Shown: positions 37,512-51,498, counted from the whole stretch's first letter. The stretch: 63,966 nt of DNA, filler included, from Chiloscyllium plagiosum (GCF_004010195.1; 8 parts of one record of this genome joined end to end with filler, not necessarily neighbours in it), one strand, 5' to 3'. Made by a program: numbers and translations. The notes: generated by a model from the sequence alone, not told the origin.

Positions 37512-38960
37512 GTCGTTGTCTACAGGTTTAGTACCAGATGATTGGAGGATTGCAAATGTTGTGCCATTGCCAAAGAAGGGCAGTAGAGATGCCCCAGGTA
37601 ATTAGAGACCAGTGAGTCTTACTTCTGATGTAGGGAAGGTTTTGGAAAGGAGTATAAGAGATAAGATTTATCGTCATCTAGCAAGCAACAATTTTATATC
37701 AGATAGTCAACATGGTTTTGTCAAGGGCAGGTCGTGTCTCACAAACCTCACTGAGATTTTTTTCAGAAGGTAACCAAGCATGCAGTTGAGGGTAGGGCAG
37801 TTGACGTGGTATACATCGACTTCAGTAAGGCCTTTTATAATATTCCACATGGTAGGCTGTTGGAGAATTTGCACAAGCATGGGATTGAAAGTGATTTAAC
37901 AGTTTCGATTAGAATCTGGCTTTCTGAAAACAAGCAGCGAGTGGTGGTTGAAGGAAAATATTCAGCCTGGAGGCTGGTTACTGGTGGAGCACCACAAGGA
38001 TCTGTTTTTTGATCATTGCTGTTTGTCATATTTTTAAATTACTTAGAGGCAGGCATAAGTGGATGGATCAGTAAATTTGCAGATGACACTAAGATCGTTG
38101 GAGTAGTGGACACTTTGGAAGCATGTTACAGGTTGTGGTGGACTTGGATAAACTGCAGAATTGGGTGAAAGGTGGAAAATGGCGTTCAATCCAGCTAAAT
38201 GTGAGGTGATACTCTTTGGGAAGAATAATAGGAAGGCTGACTACGGGGTATATGGAAACATTATTGGTAATGTGGATCTTGGTGTCCATGTACATAGATC
38301 CCTGAAAGTTGCAACCCAGATGTTGAGTGCTGTTGAGAAGGCAGTCGGTTGTTAGATTTCATTGGTAGAGAGATTGAGTTCCAGAGCCACAATATCATGC
38401 TGCAAATATACAAAACACTCGCGCGGCCACACCTGGAAGACTGTGCAAAATTTTGGTCCCCATATTTCGGGAAGGATGTGGAAGGAATGGAAAAGGTGCA
38501 GAGCAGATTTACCAGGATGTTACCTGGTCTGGAGGGAATGTCTTATGAGGAAAGCTTGAGAGACTTGGATCTGTTCTCATTGGAAAGATGAAGGCTGAGA
38601 TTGGATTTGATGGAGACATAAAAGATGATCAGAGTATGAGATATCGTAACAGTCGAAGTCTTTTGCTTAATGATGACGTCAGCTTGTACTAGGGGACATA
38701 ACTACAAATTGAGGGATGATAGATTTAAGACAGATGTCAGAGGCAGGAATTTTCTGAGAGAGTTGTAAGCTTGGCTTATATGTCTGCCAATGTAATTAAC
38801 TTAGCCACATCAGGGAGATTGAAACACTCATTGGGTAAGCACATGGACGATGATGGGTTAGTGTAGGAGGACGAGCTGAGAGTAGTTCAAAGGTCGGCAC
38901 AACATCGAGGGCCGAAGGGCCTGTACTGCACTGCATTGTTCTCTGTTCTACGTTCTATCT
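37512..38960 (+). mobile_element. CR1 LINE ORF2 3' half
   Basis: QHGFVKGRSCLTNL, YIDFSKAF, FADDTK, RPHLEDC, and a 3' tail. Confidence 0.92.
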
Positions 38961-39639
38961 TGTCAGTACTTGCAGAGAGTGGTGGTGAGTGTGTCGGTAG
39001 ATATGGCGTTGCCCCAGAGATGTGAGTCGGTATTTTAGTGTGTGGGGTACGGGGTAGAAGGTCGGTATTTCTAGAGGGCCACAGGGAGTATGTCAACATT
39101 TGCAAGGTGTCTTGGGGACTGTGTAGTTATTTAGAGGGTGGCCCGATGGAGCGTGTCTGTATTTGCAGGCTGGGTGTCAAGGAGTGTGTTGGTATTTACA
39201 GGGGTGTTCCCAGGGAGCCTGTCCTCATTTACATGTGAGTCCTGAGGTGTGTAATGGTATTTACAGCGGATGCTCTATGCAGTGTGTGCATATTTACATG
39301 GGGGTCCCACGGAGAGTGTTAGCATTTGCATGGTATCCCATGGAGTGTGCCAGCATTTACCAGAATCTTGGGATATGCGTCAGCATTTGGGGTGGGGGGT
39401 TCCCGAGGAATGTGTCGGTCGTTACAAGTGCGTCCTGGGAAGTCTCAGTTGTCACAGGGAGAGCCTGGGTAATGTGTCGGTATTTCTGGATGTCCCGGGG
39501 AAACTGTCAGTATTTAAATCGGTGTTCCAAGAAATGGACTGATATTCACAGGTGGATCGCACGCATTGAGTCGAAATTTATAAGGGACTCCCGGGACTGT
39601 GTTCGCATTTATAAGTGGTTCACGTGGAATGTGTTGGTG

Positions 39640-42158
39640 AATCCTTTGAATCCGCTCCTACTCTGCTCATTAGCAATGGCATCTCAACAACACTTAAGAT
39701 GTTTCCCTGGCAACGGCCTGGGAGCCCAACCCAACTCTCGTCCTGAATCAACGAACTACTAACCCATCCTCCCTGTTTCTAGAAACGGCCTCTGAACCAA
39801 TCACCACACTGTTCCCGTGATAATGTCCTGCAATACCGTTTCGGTTCTGTGCTGCTTCCAACGCCTCTGAACCCTTCACTGCTCCGTTCACCTGGCAACA
39901 GTCTGTGACCCCCTTCACCCTGTTTCCCTAGCAACATCCTGTGACCCCATTCCAACTGTGTCCCCCAATCATTGGCCTGTTCGCCTATCCACATTATGTT
40001 CACCCAGCAATGACCTGTGACATACCCTACTCTGTTCTCCTTCCCACAGTCTGTGAGCTCATCCCAACTGTTTTCTCCTAGCAACTGCTTATCAAACCAT
40101 TCCCAATCTATTCCCCGAGAAAGGGTTACTAAAATACTCCCCACTTGTTCCCATAGTAACGCCCTTTGCCCCCATTTCCACTCTCTTCTCCTCGCAATGT
40201 CCTTTGGACACATGCCCGCTCTGTTCCCTCATCAACAGCATGTGACCCTATACCCACGCTGTTTCCCTTGCAATACGCCATGACCCCTTACCAACTCTGT
40301 TCCCCGATTACGGCCGGTTAGTTCATTCATGCACTGTTCTCTTGGAAATCTCTTGTGATCCCATACCAAATCTGTTCCCCTCGCCACGGCCTACGAACCT
40401 TTGCCCAAACTTTTCACCAGGTGATGGCGTTTGATATCATACCCACTCTTTTCTCCCAGCAACGTCCCGTGCTCATCCCAACTCTGCTCGCTTAGCAACG
40501 TCCTGTGATTCCATAAACTCCCTGTTCTCCTACCCTGTCACCCCCTCCCTTCTCAATACTTCTAAAAACGAACTATAAACCCACATGCATACTATTCCCC
40601 TAGTCGCTGCCTGGGACCCCATTTCTCTTATTTTGTCAAAGTAAGGGCCTGTGAACCCATTCCCATTCTCTTCTTCTATCAACTGCCTGTCAACCGATCA
40701 ATACAGCATTGTCCTGGCAACGTTCTGTGAACATATCCTAATTATGTTCCCTTTGCAACATTCCCTGAAACTATCCTTACGCTGCTCTCCAAGCAAAAGC
40801 CTGTGAACCAATTATTATTCTCTTCCCCACGGAACAGCCTGTGATACAATCTGCACCCTGTTTTCCTGGCAACAGCCTGTGAAACAGTTCCCAGTGTCTT
40901 TCCCTGGCAACGGCCTGAAAAACCATCTGTACTCTGTTCTCCGAGCAATTGCGGTGTCCCCATCCGGACTCTGTTCTCCCAGCAAAGTCCTGTGAACCCA
41001 TCCTTACTGTGCTGGTCTAGTAATGGCTTGTGACACCATCCCCAATCTGTTCACCAAGGAAATACATGTGATCACGTGCCAAATGTTCTCTGAGCAACGA
41101 CCTGCGAAACCATTCCCACTCTGTTCCTCCAGCAACGGCCTCAGAACTCATTCCTACTCTTTCCCCCATAGCAACCCCTTTAAACCCGTTCACATTACGT
41201 TCCGCTGGTGACGTCCTGTCAATGCATTCTCACTCTGTTCTCCCAGCAAGGGCCTTTGAACCCATCCCCACTCTGTTCTTCTAACGACAGTCAGTGAGCC
41301 AACTCCCACAGTTTCCCGATCAACAGCTTGTGAATCTTACTGTGTTTCCCTAGCTACAGCCTGTGAACCAATTCCCACTCTACCCGTAGCAACTGGCTGT
41401 GAACCTATCCCCATTCTTTTCCACTGGCAACGACCTGTGAACCAATCCCGACACTGTTCTACTATTAAAAATTTGTGAGCCCATTTACACACGTTTCTCC
41501 GAACAACGGCCTGTGAACGCAAACCGAGCGTGTTTCCCTAGCGACTGCAGTTGAATCCATAAACAGTTTATTAGCCACAGACTGAGACCCTGTCCCCTCA
41601 GTGTTACGTTAGCAATGGCCTGTGAACTCATGTCATCTCGTTTTTCCAGCTAACGTCCTGAGAAACAATTCGCAAACTGTACTCCCAACAATTACCTGTG
41701 AACCCAATGCTACTCAGTTCAGCTAGCAACGGCTGTGAACCCATCCACACTCCATTAACCCAGCACCGGTCTCTGAGGCAATCTTCAAACTGTGCTGCGA
41801 ACAGATGCCTGTGAACCCTTTACGACAATGTTCATCTTGTAACGGGCTTTAAGCTCATCCATACTCTGATACCCTAGCAACGGTATTGAAACCCATCCCC
41901 ACTTTTTTTCATCAAACGTCCATTGAAAACATTCCCCTCTGTGCTCCTCACGTTTCTCTGCGAACCCATCGCAATTCTGCTACCCACGCAACATCCCGTG
42001 AATCCATCTCCAGTCTGTTTCCCCAGCCATTGCCGTTGAACCAATCTCCAGTCTTGTTCCATAGCATAATCTTTGAACCCATTCCCATTCTCTTCTCTTA
42101 GCAACTGCCTGTAAACACATTGCCACATAGTTCCTATGGCAGTGCCCGGTGATTTCAC
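39640..42158 (+). repeat. Satellite A block
   Basis: Same 38-bp monomer as 1-1665. Confidence 0.9.
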
Positions 42159-44755
42159 TCATAGAGTCATAGAAATTTACAGCATGGAAACAGACCTTTC
42201 GCTCCAACCTATCCAGCTGACCAGATATGCCTACCCAATCTAGTCCCACCTGCCAGCACCTGGCCCATATCGTTCCAAAGCCTTCATATTCATATACCCA
42301 TCCAAATGCCTCTTAAATGTCGCAATTGTACCAGCCTCTACCACTTCCTCTGACAGCTCATTCCATACATGGACCACTCTTTGGTCTATTTTATATCTTT
42401 CCCCTCTCAACCTAAAACTATGCCCTCGAGTTCTGGACTCCCCGATACCAGGGAGAAGACTTTGTCTATTTATCCTTTCCATGCCCCTCATAATTTTATA
42501 AGCCTCTATAAGGTCACCTCACAGCCTCCGACCCTCCAGGGAAAACAGCCCCAGCCAGTTCAGCCTCTCCCTATAGCTCAAATCCTCCTACCCTGGCGAC
42601 ATCTTTGTAAATCTTTTCTGAACCCTTTCAGGTTTCACGACATCTTTCCGATAGGAAGGAGACCAGAATTGCAAGCAATATTCCAACCGTGACCTAACTA
42701 TTGTCCTTTACAACCTCAACATGACCTCCCAACTCCTGTACTCAATACTCTGACCAATAAAGGAACGACTACCAAACGCCTTCTTCACTATCCTATCTAT
42801 CTGCGACTCCACTTTCAAGGAGCTATGAACCTGCACTCCAAGGTCTCGTTGTTCATCAACATTCCTTAGGACCTTATCATTAAGGTTATAAGTCCTGCTA
42901 AGATTTGCTTTCCCAAAATGCAGCACCTTGCATTTATCTGAATTAAACTCCATCTGCCACTTCTCAACCCAGTGGCCCATCTGGTACAGATCCTGTTGTA
43001 ATCTGAAGTAATCTGTAATCTCTTCGCTGTCCACCACACCTCCAATTTTGTTTCATCTCCACACTTACCTACTGTACCTCTTATATTCGGATCCAAATTA
43101 TTTGTGTAAATGACAATTCGTATAGGACCATCACCGATCCTTGTGGCACTCCACTGGTCACAGTCTTCCAATCTGAAAAACAACCCTCCACCCCCACACT
43201 CTGTCTTCTACCTTTGAGCCAGTTCTGTCTCCAAATGGCTAGTTCTCCTTTTATTCCATTAGATCTAACTTTGCCAATCAGCCTCCCATGGGGAACCTTG
43301 TGGAACGCCTCACTGAAGTCCATATAGATCACATCTACTGCTCTACCTTCATCAATCGTCTTTGTTACTTCTTCGAATAACTCAATCACGTTTGTGAGAC
43401 ATGATTTCCCACGCACAAAGCCATGTTGACTATCTATAATCAGTCCTCGCCTTTCCAAATACATGTACATCCTGTCCCTCAGGATTCCCTCCAACAACCT
43501 GCCCACCACTGACGTCAGGCTCACCGGTCTATAGTTCCCTGGCTTGTCTTTATCACCCTTCTTGAACAGTGGTACAACGTTTGCCAACCTCCAGTCCTCC
43601 GGTACCTCACTTGTGACTATCAATGATACAAATATCTCAGCAATAGGCCCAGCAATCACCTCGCTAGCTTCCCACAGAGTTCTCGGTTACACCTGATCAG
43701 GTCCTGGGGATTCATCCACTTTAACTGTTTCAAGACACCCAGCACTTCCTCCTCTGTAATCCGGACGTTTTGCAAGATGTCACCATCTATTTCCCTACAG
43801 TCCGTGTCTTCCATATCCTTTTCCACATTAAATACTGATGCAAAATATTCATTTAGTATCTCCCCCATTTTCTGTGGCTCCACACAAAGGCCGCCTTGCT
43901 GATATTTGAGGGGCCATATTCTCTCCCTAATTACCCCTTTGTCCTTAATATATTAGTAAAAAGGCTTTGGATTTTCCTTAATCCTATTTGCCAACGCTAT
44001 CACATGTCCCCTTTTTGCCCTTCTGATTTCCCTCATGAGTATACACCTACTTCCTTTATACTCTTCTAAGAATTCACTCGATCTATCCTGTCCATACCTG
44101 ACATATGCTTCCTTCTTTTTCTTAACCAAACTCTCAGTTTTTTTCGTCATCCATTGTTCTCTATACCTACCAGCCTTCCCTTTCACCTTGACATGAATAT
44201 ACTTTATTTGGATTCTTGTTATCTCATTTCTGAAGGCTTCCCATTTTCCAGCCATCACTTTATTTGCGAACATCTGCCTCCGAAAGTTTACATTACAGTG
44301 TGGAAACAGGCCCTTCGGCCCAACAAGTCCACACCAACCCGCCGAAGCGCAACCCACCCATACCCCTACATTACCCCTTACCTAACACGAAGGGCAATTT
44401 AGTATGGCCAATTCACCTGACCTGCACATCTTTGGACTGTGGGAGGAAACCGGAGCACCCGGAGGAAACCCACGCAGACACAGGGAGAACGTGCAAACTC
44501 CACACAGTCAGTCGCCTGAGGCGGGAATTGAACCCGGGTCTCTGGCGCTGTGAGGCAGCAGTGCTAACCACTGGACCACCGTGCCGCCCATGAAGTTCTT
44601 GCCTAAAACCGTCAAAATTGGCCTTTCTCCAATTTAAAACTTCAACTTTTAGATCTGGTCTATCCTTTTCCATCGCGATTTTATAAGGAATAGAATTATG
44701 GTCGGTGGTCCCAATGAGCTCCACGACTGATACCTCAGTCACATCCCCTGCCTTC
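42159..44755 (-). mobile_element. CR1 LINE ORF2 (relatively young)
   Basis: PEDWRLANVVPLFKKG..PGNYRPVSLTSVVG, QHGFVRGKSCLTN, DFSEAFHKVPH; tail catagagtcatag at ~42160. Confidence 0.94.
44288..44590 (-). mobile_element. HE1-type SINE nested in CR1
   Basis: Near-identical to 22930-23230. Confidence 0.92.
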
Positions 44756-45080
44756 TTTGAGGGGATTTATTCTGGGTGAAGGGTTAGTGGAGCCCACCCC
44801 TGCCCTCTCTGACACGTTGCTTCGTCTGTCATTCTGCTCGCTGGGGAGGGCTCTGTCTGATTGACATGTTAATTCCCAGGACAGGAGCCTTGTGGGATCT
44901 TGCTGCCCACTGAGATGTTAATTCTCGGGCAACACATTTTCAGCTCTGATCGCCAGCATCTGCAGTCCTTACTTCCTCCTGCAAAAAAACATGCTGCCTA
45001 TCACTGATAATCCGATCTTCTTCCAAATGATAACACTTTCTATCCCTTACTATCTTCTACAGCAGCATCCCTTCCACTGA

Positions 45081-45209
45081 GGAGAAAGTGAGTCTGCAGA
45101 TGCTGGAGATCAAAGTTGAAACTTTATTGCTGGAACAGCACAGCAGGTCAGGCAGCATCCAGGGAACAGGAGATTCGACGTTTCGGGCACAGGCCCTTCT
45201 TCAGGCCCT
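45081..45209 (-). mobile_element. Short Penelope-derived insertion with a 13-bp TSD
   Basis: TCCCTTCCACTGA at 45068-45080 and 45210-45222; the insertion is absent from the paralogous site at ~59030. Confidence 0.85.
45172..45205 (-). ncRNA. Minimal hammerhead ribozyme motif (Penelope-type, type I)
   Basis: Minus strand CUGAAGA-A-GGGC-CUGU-GCCC-GAAA-CG-UC-GAAUC: intact core, stem II, and palindromic ACGU stem III. The 5' strand of stem I is truncated. Confidence 0.75.
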
Positions 45210-47102
45210 TCCCTTCCACTGACACCAGTTTCACCACACTATACTTACCTGAATTATTCTTGCAACACTTCTTAAGCAAGGGGAACATGTTAACAATTCT
45301 CCAGCCCTCCGACCCTCCACCTGTGTTCATGGGTGCTGGAAAGACATCTGTGAAGGCCCCAGATATTTTTGCTCTTGCGTCCCTCAGTAGCCTGGGCTGG
45401 ATCCCAGTAGGTCTGGGGAATCATCCAACTTAATGTACTTTATAATACCCAATACCTGTCCTCCCCACTCATGCCAACTTGAGCAAGAGTAATCAAACAG
45501 CGATTCCTCAACTCAACAACCATCATATCGCTCTCCTCGGTGAATACCGTTGCAAAGCACTCAATAAGAATCTCACCAATTTTCTCTCACTCCATTCAAA
45601 ACTTCGCTCATTTGTCCTTGAGTGTGCCAACCCTTTCTCTAGTTTCCCTCTTGCTCCTTATACACGAATAAAAGGTTTAGGGATTTTTCGTAACCTTGGT
45701 TAGCCGTCTTCAGTCCTCGTTGCAGATTAGTCCTAAATTCCCGATATGCTTCCAAAGCTTCGTCTATTTTCCTTCACCTATACCTCATATATGCTTAATT
45801 TTTCCTCTTAGCTGCTGTCACAATTTCACCTGTCATCCACGACCCCACATCTTGGAATTTCTATCCCTCACTTTCATAGCGAAGTGTCTGTCCTGGACTC
45901 CAATCAATGTCTATTTTAAAGTCTTCCAAATATTAAATGTGGATTTACCTTCAAACAGCTGCACGCAACCCATTTTTCCTAGCTCCGGCCGAATTTTGCT
46001 ATACTTGGTCTTCCCACAATTTAGCACTCTTCCTTTTGGACTACTCTCGTCTTTGTCCATAAGTATTCTAAAACCTTGGGGAAATTATTCATAATGCCCA
46101 AAGTATTCCCCTACCGAATCTTCAAAAAACTGGCTGGGCTCATTCTACTGACGATGTCCAATATGGCCCTTCCCATATTAATCTATTTACATACTGTTCG
46201 ATAAAAACTTCTTGGATGCTCCTTACTAATTCTCCTAAGACTAAACCTTTAACTCTAATTGAATCCCAGATGGAAAATCAAACTCTCCCATTACGACCAT
46301 CTTGTTGCTCCTATATCTTTCCATAATCTGTTTACATATTTGTACCTCTATCTTACGCTTACTGTTGGGAGGCCTGTCGTAAAAAAACAGCATTGTTACT
46401 GTACCCTTCCTATTTCTCTGTTCTGCTCATACTGCCTCACTGCTCGAGTTCTCGCTGATGCTCTCCTTCAGCTTAGTTGTGATATCCACTCTGAACACTA
46501 AAGCAACTCCTCAAACCTTCTCACCTCTCTCTCTATCACACCTGAGACAGCTATACCGTGTGCTACTTCGATGCCAATCTTGCCCATTCCTCAACCATGA
46601 CACAGTAACAACAATAACATCATACTCCCAGGTTATAATCCAAGACTTACCTCCTACACTGCTCGCATGAAAGCAAAATCACCTCAGACCACCTGTCACT
46701 TCACATTAATCATCTGCTCCCGGCCTACATTTCCCCTCCGTCACACGGACTTCATTACCTGCTTCCTTACAGGCTTTCTTTACAACCTCCTTACTGTCAA
46801 CAAACCTCCTGATTTTGTTCTCATCCTGCTGAAACATTCGGTTAAATCATTCCCAACAAATGCACCCCCAAAGGAACTGCTCCAGTCAGGCCTAGGCGTA
46901 GACCATCGAATTTGTAATTGTTTCACTTCCCCGAAAACCAATACCAATGTCCCAAAAATCTGAACCCCTTCCTAATTTATCATTTCACAAGCCACGCATT
47001 CANNNNNNNNNNNNNNNNNNNNNNNNNNNNNNNNNNNNNNNNNNNNTTAATTAATTAANNNNNNNNNNNNNNNNNNNNNNNNNNNNNNNNNNNNNNNNNN
47101 NN

Positions 47103-49878
47103 GGTGGCAGTTGATTGGAAATGTTCATCCTGGAGTCCAGTTACCAGTGGTGTACCGCAAGCGTCGGTGTTGGGTCCATTGCAGTTCGTCATTTTTATAA
47201 ACGACCTGGATGAGGGCGTAGAAGAGTGGGCTAGTAAGATTGCAGACGACACCAAGGTCGGTGGAGTTGAGGATAGTGACGAAGGATGTTGTAGATTACA
47301 GAGAGACATAGATAAGCTACAGAGCTAGGCTGAGAGGTGGCAAATGGAGTTTAATGGGGACAAGTGTGAAGTGATTCACTTTGGTCGGAGTAACTGGAAT
47401 GCAAAGTACTGGGCAAATGGTAAGATTCTTGGAAGTGTAGATGAGTAGAAAAACTCGGTGTCCATTTGTATAGATCCTTGAAAGTTGCCACCCAGGTTGA
47501 CAGGGTTGCTTAGAAGGCATAAAGTGTTTTAACTTTTATTAATAGAGGGATCGAGTTCTGGAACCTTGTGGTTATGCTGCAGCTGTACAAACTCTGGTGC
47601 TTCTGCACTTCGAGTATTGCGTACAGTTCTGGTCACCGCATTATAAGAAGGATGTGGAAGCTTTGGAAAGAGTGCAGAGGAGATTTACTAGGATGTTGCC
47701 TGGTATGAAGGGAATGTCTCATGAGCAAAGGCTGAGGGAATTGATTGGCTGTTTTCGTCAGAGAGAAGACGTTTGAGAGGTGATTTAATAGAGACATATA
47801 AAATAATCAGAGGGTTAGGTATGGAGGAAAGGGAGAGCCTTTTTCCATTATGGTGACGGCGAACACGAGGGGGCATAGCTTTAAATTGGAGTGTGATAGA
47901 GAAAGGACAGATGTCAGAGTCAGTATCTTTACTCAGAGAGTAGTAAGGGTATGGAATGCTTTTCCTGCAATGGTAGTAGATTCGCCAACTTTAAGTACAT
48001 TTAAGTCGTCATTGGACAAGCATGTGGACGTACTTGGAATAGTGTAGGTTTGATGGGCTTCAGATTGGTATGACAGGTCGGCGCAAGATCGAGGGCCGAA
48101 GGGCCTGTACTGCGCTGTAATGTTGTATATTCAATTCTGAGGAACACAGCTCGTGTGCCCATCCTGACACTTTTCTGCAAGCAACAGCCTGTGGCCAGAT
48201 ATCCACACTGTATTCCTAACAATGGCCTGTTAAATATCTCCAATCCATTCCCAAAGCAACAGCCCATGAACTGATTCCCAATCTGTTCCCTGGGCTTCGG
48301 CCGATAACTCCACACCCAACCCCTCTTCCTCGCATTGGCCTGTTAACATATATCAACTTTCTTCTCCTGGTATTACCTGAAAACCCATGCCCTCACTTTT
48401 TGACTGCAACGGCCCGCGAACCCATTCCCACTCTTGTCAACTAGCAATAACCTGTCAACCCATCCACGCTTTGTGCTCATAAGAAAAGCCTGTTGATCAG
48501 TCCTGATGCTGTTCCGCAAGCTGTGCTCTTTGAAGTAATTCCCACTGTGTTCCCGTAACATCTGCCTGTGATCCAAATGCCTACTCTGCTTTCCTAGCAA
48601 CAGTCTGTGAAACCATCCCACTCGGTTCTTCCAGCAACGGCCTGTTAACCCGGGAGGGGATTCACCTTCGCAAAGAGAAGGTGCCAGCAATACGGGAATG
48701 TGTGGATAAGATAAGTCCCATAGGTCGGTTGAGATGTGTCCTCGGATGCTTTGGCAAGACAGGGGGGGAATTGCAGAGCTTTTGGCTTTGATCTTTATGT
48801 CGTCATTATCTACATGAATTGTGCCAGAAGACTGGAGAATGGGATAAGTTGTCTCCTTATTCAAGATTGCTAGTAGAGACCATCCCATAAAAATAGGACA
48901 AAGAGCCTTAATTCAGTTGTGGTTAAAGATTATAAGAGATAGGAAATATAGTTAACTAGATATGAATAAGTTGATTAGGGATAGTCAATGTGGTTTGTGA
49001 AGGGTTGGTCGTGCCTCACAAAACTTATTGAGTTCTTTGAGAAGGTAAACAAATAGGTGGATGAGGGAAAAGCAACTGATGTGACGTGTATGGAATTCAA
49101 AAAATGTGTTTGGGAGAGTACCCCACGGTAGGCTATTGCACAGGATACGGAGGCATGGGGTTGGGAGTAATTTAACGGTTTGGATTAGACTTTGTCAAGC
49201 TGAAAGAAGACAGAGGGCGTTGGATGATGCGAAGTATTAATCTTGGAGTTCAGTTACTCATGGTGTACTGGATGGGTCTGTTTTGTATCCACTGCTGCTT
49301 GCTACTTTTATAAATGAACTGGATGAGGGCGTAGAGGAAAGGGTCAATGAATTTGAGGAGAATACAAAGGTCATGGATTTGTTGATAGTGACGAAGGATG
49401 TTGTCGGTTACCAGGAGACATAGGTAATGTGCAGAGCTGGGCTCAGAGGTGGCAAATGGAGTTTAATGCGGAAAAGTGCGAAGGGATTCACTTTGGAAGG
49501 AAAAACGGGAATAAAAATCGCTGGGTTAATGATAAGATTCTTAGTTGTGTTGATGAGCACAGAGATCTCACTGTCCATGTACATAGATCCCTGAAAGTTC
49601 CAACGCAAGTTGATAGGGTTATTAGGAAGGCGTACAATGTGTTCGTTCTTCTTGGTAGAGGTATTGAGTTTCAGAACCATGAGGTCATGTTGCAGCTGTA
49701 CAAATTCTGATGCAGCTGCACTTGGAGTCTTGCATCCAGTTCTGGTCTCCACAGTTTTTTGAAGGAAGTGGAAGCTTTGGAAAGGGGGCAGAACAGATTT
49801 ACTATGACGTTGCCTGTATGAAAGGAAGGTCTGACGAGGAAAGACTGAGGGACATAAGGCTGTTTTCGTCAGAGAGAC
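47103..49878 (+). repeat. CR1-satellite A-CR1 composite (left arm of the inverted duplication)
   Basis: CR1 at 47103-48135, satellite A at ~48140-48650, CR1 at ~48655-49878; the same junctions occur inverted at 53372-56357. Confidence 0.88.
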
Positions 49879-50770
49879 NNNNNNNNNNNNNNNNNNNNNN
49901 NNNNNNNNNNNNNNNNNNNNNNNNNNNNNNNNNNNNNNNNNNNNNNNNNNNNNNNNNNNNNNNNNNNNNNNNNNNNNNNNNNNNNNNNNNNNNNNNNNNN
50001 NNNNNNNNNNNNNNNNNNNNNNNNNNNNNNNNNNNNNNNNNNNNNNNNNNNNNNNNNNNNNNNNNNNNNNNNNNNNNNNNNNNNNNNNNNNNNNNNNNNN
50101 NNNNNNNNNNNNNNNNNNNNNNNNNNNNNNNNNNNNNNNNNNNNNNNNNNNNNNNNNNNNNNNNNNNNNNNNNNNNNNNNNNNNNNNNNNNNNNNNNNNN
50201 NNNNNNNNNNNNNNNNNNNNNNNNNNNNNNNNNNNNNNNNNNNNNNNNNNNNNNNNNNNNNNNNNNNNNNNNNNNNNNNNNNNNNNNNNNNNNNNNNNNN
50301 NNNNNNNNNNNNNNNNNNNNNNNNNNNNNNNNNNNNNNNNNNNNNNNNNNNNNNNNNNNNNNNNNNNNNNNNNNNNNNAGCTACTTTTCCAGGTTGTTCT
50401 CCAATAACGCAATAACTGTGTTCCTGTGCAGCACAGTGTTGTACAAAATCGTGCAATATTAATAATGGGGTCTATGGAAAAAAGAGGGTAAGTGGCGAAC
50501 CCCCACAAATATCAGTAAAAACCAAAAAATAAATTTGATCTAACACACAAAAGGACATTCTAAATAAATCTTCAAATTACATGTTGTAATGGAACAGTGC
50601 TGTAAATGTAACGCTTTCACACTACAGTCCCTCACTGGAGCACTGCACCTTTCACCACAATCTTCAGCAGAAAGCGTGCGGGGGCTAACTGACCATGAGA
50701 TGCCGATGCCGAATTCCAGTTCTCTCCAAGATTCTCCTCACGGTTTGAAATAAAGTTCTTTCGAAATATA

Positions 50771-50785
50771 GACTACAATTCCCAG
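50771..50785 (+). promoter_or_regulatory. ZNF143/THAP11-type promoter motif
   Basis: GACTACAATTCCCAG, a perfect match to the ACTACAnnTCCCA motif, in a non-repetitive CpG-containing segment. Confidence 0.6.
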
Positions 50786-51498
50786 TTTCCGGCTCAGTTT
50801 CAAGGCCTGCAGAGCCAATTGCATTCCTGTTTTTGCTGAACGCATTGATTGTACCTTTTGTAGACAGAGGGTTTCTGAGGCAGATTTTGCTGGTCAGCTG
50901 GTGCCCGACAAGGAATCGCGTCACAGTAAACGCCAGTTCACTTTATAGAAAAAGGTTCATGAATTGCATTGCGCCGAAATGTATTTAATCAACACGCATT
51001 ATCAGTGAACTGCCTGTACATAGAATGGAGGCGCAAACAGATGGGCTGAATGGACGACAGCAGTTCTCATTTTATGTTTCACAATGTTTAAACATATTAA
51101 GGGATATGTATATTGTATGGGGAAAACTGCGTTGAGGAGACTTTCGGCCATTAACTAGAATAGGGAAAGCTGAATGAGTTGTATGAAGTATTCCTTTCCC
51201 GATGTTTCTCTGCGGTGTGTGGGAAAGCTCTGTAAATGTTGTCACAAGCTCTCAGCTGTTAGGAAGGAGGTCTCTGCAGGGTCGACAGGATTGTGTTTCC
51301 CGTTCCCTTTTCTGATAACGAGGCTGGTGCCGGCCGTTCTCTCCGGGTTTATCCTTTAAGACCTCGGAGCAGTTTGATACAATTGAGTGCCTTGCTTGNN
51401 NNNNNNNNNNNNNNNNNNNNNNNNNNNNNNNNNNNNNNNNNNTTAATTAATTAANNNNNNNNNNNNNNNNNNNNNNNNNNNNNNNNNNNNNNNNNNNN

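Larger units (their letters stand above)
28133..39640 (+). repeat. Satellite B, degenerate ~28-bp monomer (GGGAGTGTGTCAGTATTTACAGGGGTCC-like), interrupted by LINEs and a SINE
   Basis: Hundreds of gtgtgtcagtatttacagg-like units. Confidence 0.92.
44980..47002 (-). mobile_element. CR1 LINE 5' half (ORF1 end, endonuclease, RT start); left arm of the inverted duplication
   Basis: 44980-46635 is the reverse complement of 57591-59130. Confidence 0.85.
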
